64,000 nucleotides of DNA from the human T2T-CHM13v2.0 reference genome, Homo sapiens. Every line of letters starts with the position of its first letter. Within the stretch, counting starts at the first letter, position 1. Location of the stretch: assembly GCF_009914755.1 (NCBI RefSeq), contig NC_060943.1. One strand, 5' to 3'. Both the position numbers and the translations under genes were made by a program. This document shows, piece by piece, positions 61,004-64,000 of the stretch. The notes beneath the pieces are model-generated. The model worked only from the letters and a program-made list of their open reading frames with translations. It was not told the DNA's origin and searched no databases.

Positions 61004-61895
61004 TGATATGGAATATATTTGGTCTTTGCGCCACATGTCATAGGAGTGATAGGTGTGTCTTTTAAAATTCATAATGAGCCCCTTTTGATCACAGCTGAGT
61101 TTATGCTTATGAGGTGATTTAGGATGGGGCTCCTAGATAGCCCAGGATGGGGCTGGTTACCAGAAAGACCAAGTGCTTAGAGGGTGGCATGTACGGAGGG
61201 GCCATTGAAGCTGTCTGTATTGCTTCCATCTGGTTGACCCCGAGTCGTATCCGTTATAATAAACCATTAATGGGAAGTGAAGTGCCTGCCTTAGTTCTGG
61301 GCGCTGCTTTAGCAAATCAATCAAATCGAGGAGGGGGTTGTGGGAATTCCCAATTTATAGGTGGCTGGGCAGAAGTACTGGACCCTGGGATGTGCAAATG
61401 GCATTTGTAGTGGGAGCAGTCTTATGGGACAGCTCTTTTTCTTTTAGAGACAGAGTGTCACTCTCACCCAGGCTGGAGTGCAGTGATACAGTCATAGCTC
61501 ACTGCAGTGTCCAGCTCCTGGGCTCATGTCATGCTCCCGAGTAGCTGGGACTACAGGTGTGCACCACTGCCAGGCTTAGCTAATTTTTAAATTTTTTGTA
61601 GAGACAGGGTGCTATACTTCCTAGGCTGGTTTCAAACTCTTGGCCTCAAGCAGTCCTCCCACTTTGGCCTCCCAAAGCACTGTGCTTAGGTGAGCCCACT
61701 GCATCTGGCCGATAAAGTCCTTAACTTGTGGGAGATAGAGTCTGAATTGAGTTAAATTGTAGGACACCCAGCTGGTGTTTGGAGACTTGGAGAATTACTT
61801 GGAAAAGACCCACGCATCTGGTCACAGAATTGTTCTCGGTTATGAGAGTATAGTAGAAGAAAACTGGTTTTCTCTGAGTTGGTGTCAAAAGTGCT
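61004..61895 (+). mobile_element. MER21-family LTR interrupted by an AluJ
   Basis: ggggctggttaccagaaagacc...tataataaacc...aattgagttaaattgtaggacacccagctggtg. Confidence 0.72.
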
Positions 61896-62042
61896 GTGTG
61901 AGAGTGTAGAGAAACGGAGTGTGGGCCAGGCACGGTGGCTCACGCCTGTAATCCCAGCATTTTGGGAGGCTGAGGCGGGTGGATCACCTGAGGTCGGGAG
62001 TTTGAGACCATCCTGACCAACATGGAGAAACCTAGTCTACTA

Positions 62043-62201
<159 letters not shown>

Positions 62202-62777
62202 TCAAAGAAAAAAAAAAGAAACAGAGTGTGTTTTCCCACCTTCCCTGCTCCAGCCACACTGGCTGACTTGCTGTGCCTTGGAATATGCCAAGCACAGTCC
62301 AGGGCCTTTGCACTTGCTGTTCCTCTGTGGTAGATAAATAACCACATGGTGCCCATGTCACTACAGATCTCTGCTCAGACATCTTCATCACTGAGGTGTC
62401 CCAGGCTACCATAGAAGGAGTGCTTCTCATCTGTTAACCCTGCGAACCCTGCTTGATTAGATTTATAGCACTTCCACCCTCTATGTGACATTGTGTCTTT
62501 TTTTTTTTTTTTTCTCTTTGAGACAAGGTCTTGGTCTGTCACCCAGCGGGGAGTACAGTGGTGCAATCATAGCTCATGGCAGTCTGGACCCTCCCACCTT
62601 GGCTTCCCAAGTAGCTGGGACTACAGCCGCATGCCAGCTAATTTTTGTATTTTTCGTAGAGACGAGGTTTCACCGTGTTGCCCAGGCTGGCCTCAAATTC
62701 CTGGCCTCAAGTGATCGACCTGCCTCAACCTCCCAAAGTGCTGGAATTACAGGCGTGAGCCACCATGCCCACCCTGA

Positions 62778-63266
<489 letters not shown>

Positions 63267-64000
63267 TAATTTTTTTATTATTAGTAGAGATGGGGTTTCA
63301 CCATGTTGGTCAGGCTGGTCTCGAACCCCTGACCTCAGGTGATCCACCTGCCTCGGCCTCCCAAAGTGTTGGGATTACAGGCATGAGCCACCACGTCCGG
63401 CCCTGAATACTTTTTTTTTTTTTTAATATAACACTTCCACTTTCTATGTGACATTGTGTCATGTTTGGCTATTTCTGTCACTCTGCTGTCCACTCCTCCA
63501 GGTAGGAATTGTGTTGTTCTCTGCCAGATGCCTGGTGTTTGGAACCAGCTTGGTGCATTCAGCGCTGTTCGTATTTGGGGGTAGTCATCAGTAAGTCCTC
63601 TGCTGTGGCGGTGGGGAAGGCCTGTCACGAGTGACACTGGGCAGGTATGGATTCTGCATCTCCCTGCCCACTCTTGGCCTTTGCATGCCTCTGTTGTGGG
63701 GACTCCTCTTGCCGTCTCCACACAGTGTCACTCCTCACGCTCAGTGTTGCGTATATAGCTGATAACACAGCAGACCCGGTGGTGGCGCAGGACATCCATC
63801 CAGTGGGCCTCGGCCAGCCGAAAAGAAAGAATAGGGGCCGGGCACAGTGGCTCACGCCTGTAATCCCAGCACTTTGGGAGGCCAAAGTGGACGGATCATC
63901 GGCTCAGGAGTTTGAGACTAGCCTGGCCAACATAGTGAAACCCCATCTCTACAAAAAATACGAAAATTAGCTGGGCATGGCGGTGTGCGCCTGTAGTTCC

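Overview
Human (primate) genomic DNA, very Alu-rich, recognisable as the chr19p13.2 CARM1-YIPF2-TIMM29-SMARCA4 interval. It contains: (1) the 3' part of CARM1 (+; 13 coding exons, 114-12768, then a long 3'UTR); (2) complete YIPF2 (-; 8 coding exons, 316 aa), whose 3'UTR overlaps CARM1's tail-to-tail; (3) complete TIMM29 (+; 2 exons, 260 aa), sharing a bidirectional CpG-island promoter with YIPF2; (4) about 30 kb of intergenic DNA packed with Alus, ERV1-type LTRs, MER20 and L1/L2/MIR fragments; (5) the SMARCA4 CpG island, non-coding exon 1 and the start of intron 1. The most notable unexplained signal is in the unique islands between TIMM29 and SMARCA4. They look like remnants of a decayed multi-exon coding gene, most likely on the minus strand and head-to-head with SMARCA4: reading frames become continuous once Alus are excised, and splice signals are strong. 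This is unverified. Other observations: an Alu-Alu gene-conversion-like tract, a tandem duplication that copies a YIPF2 splice donor, and an Alu-derived poly(A) signal for TIMM29. Gene names and repeat families are from recognition and memory, not database searches.
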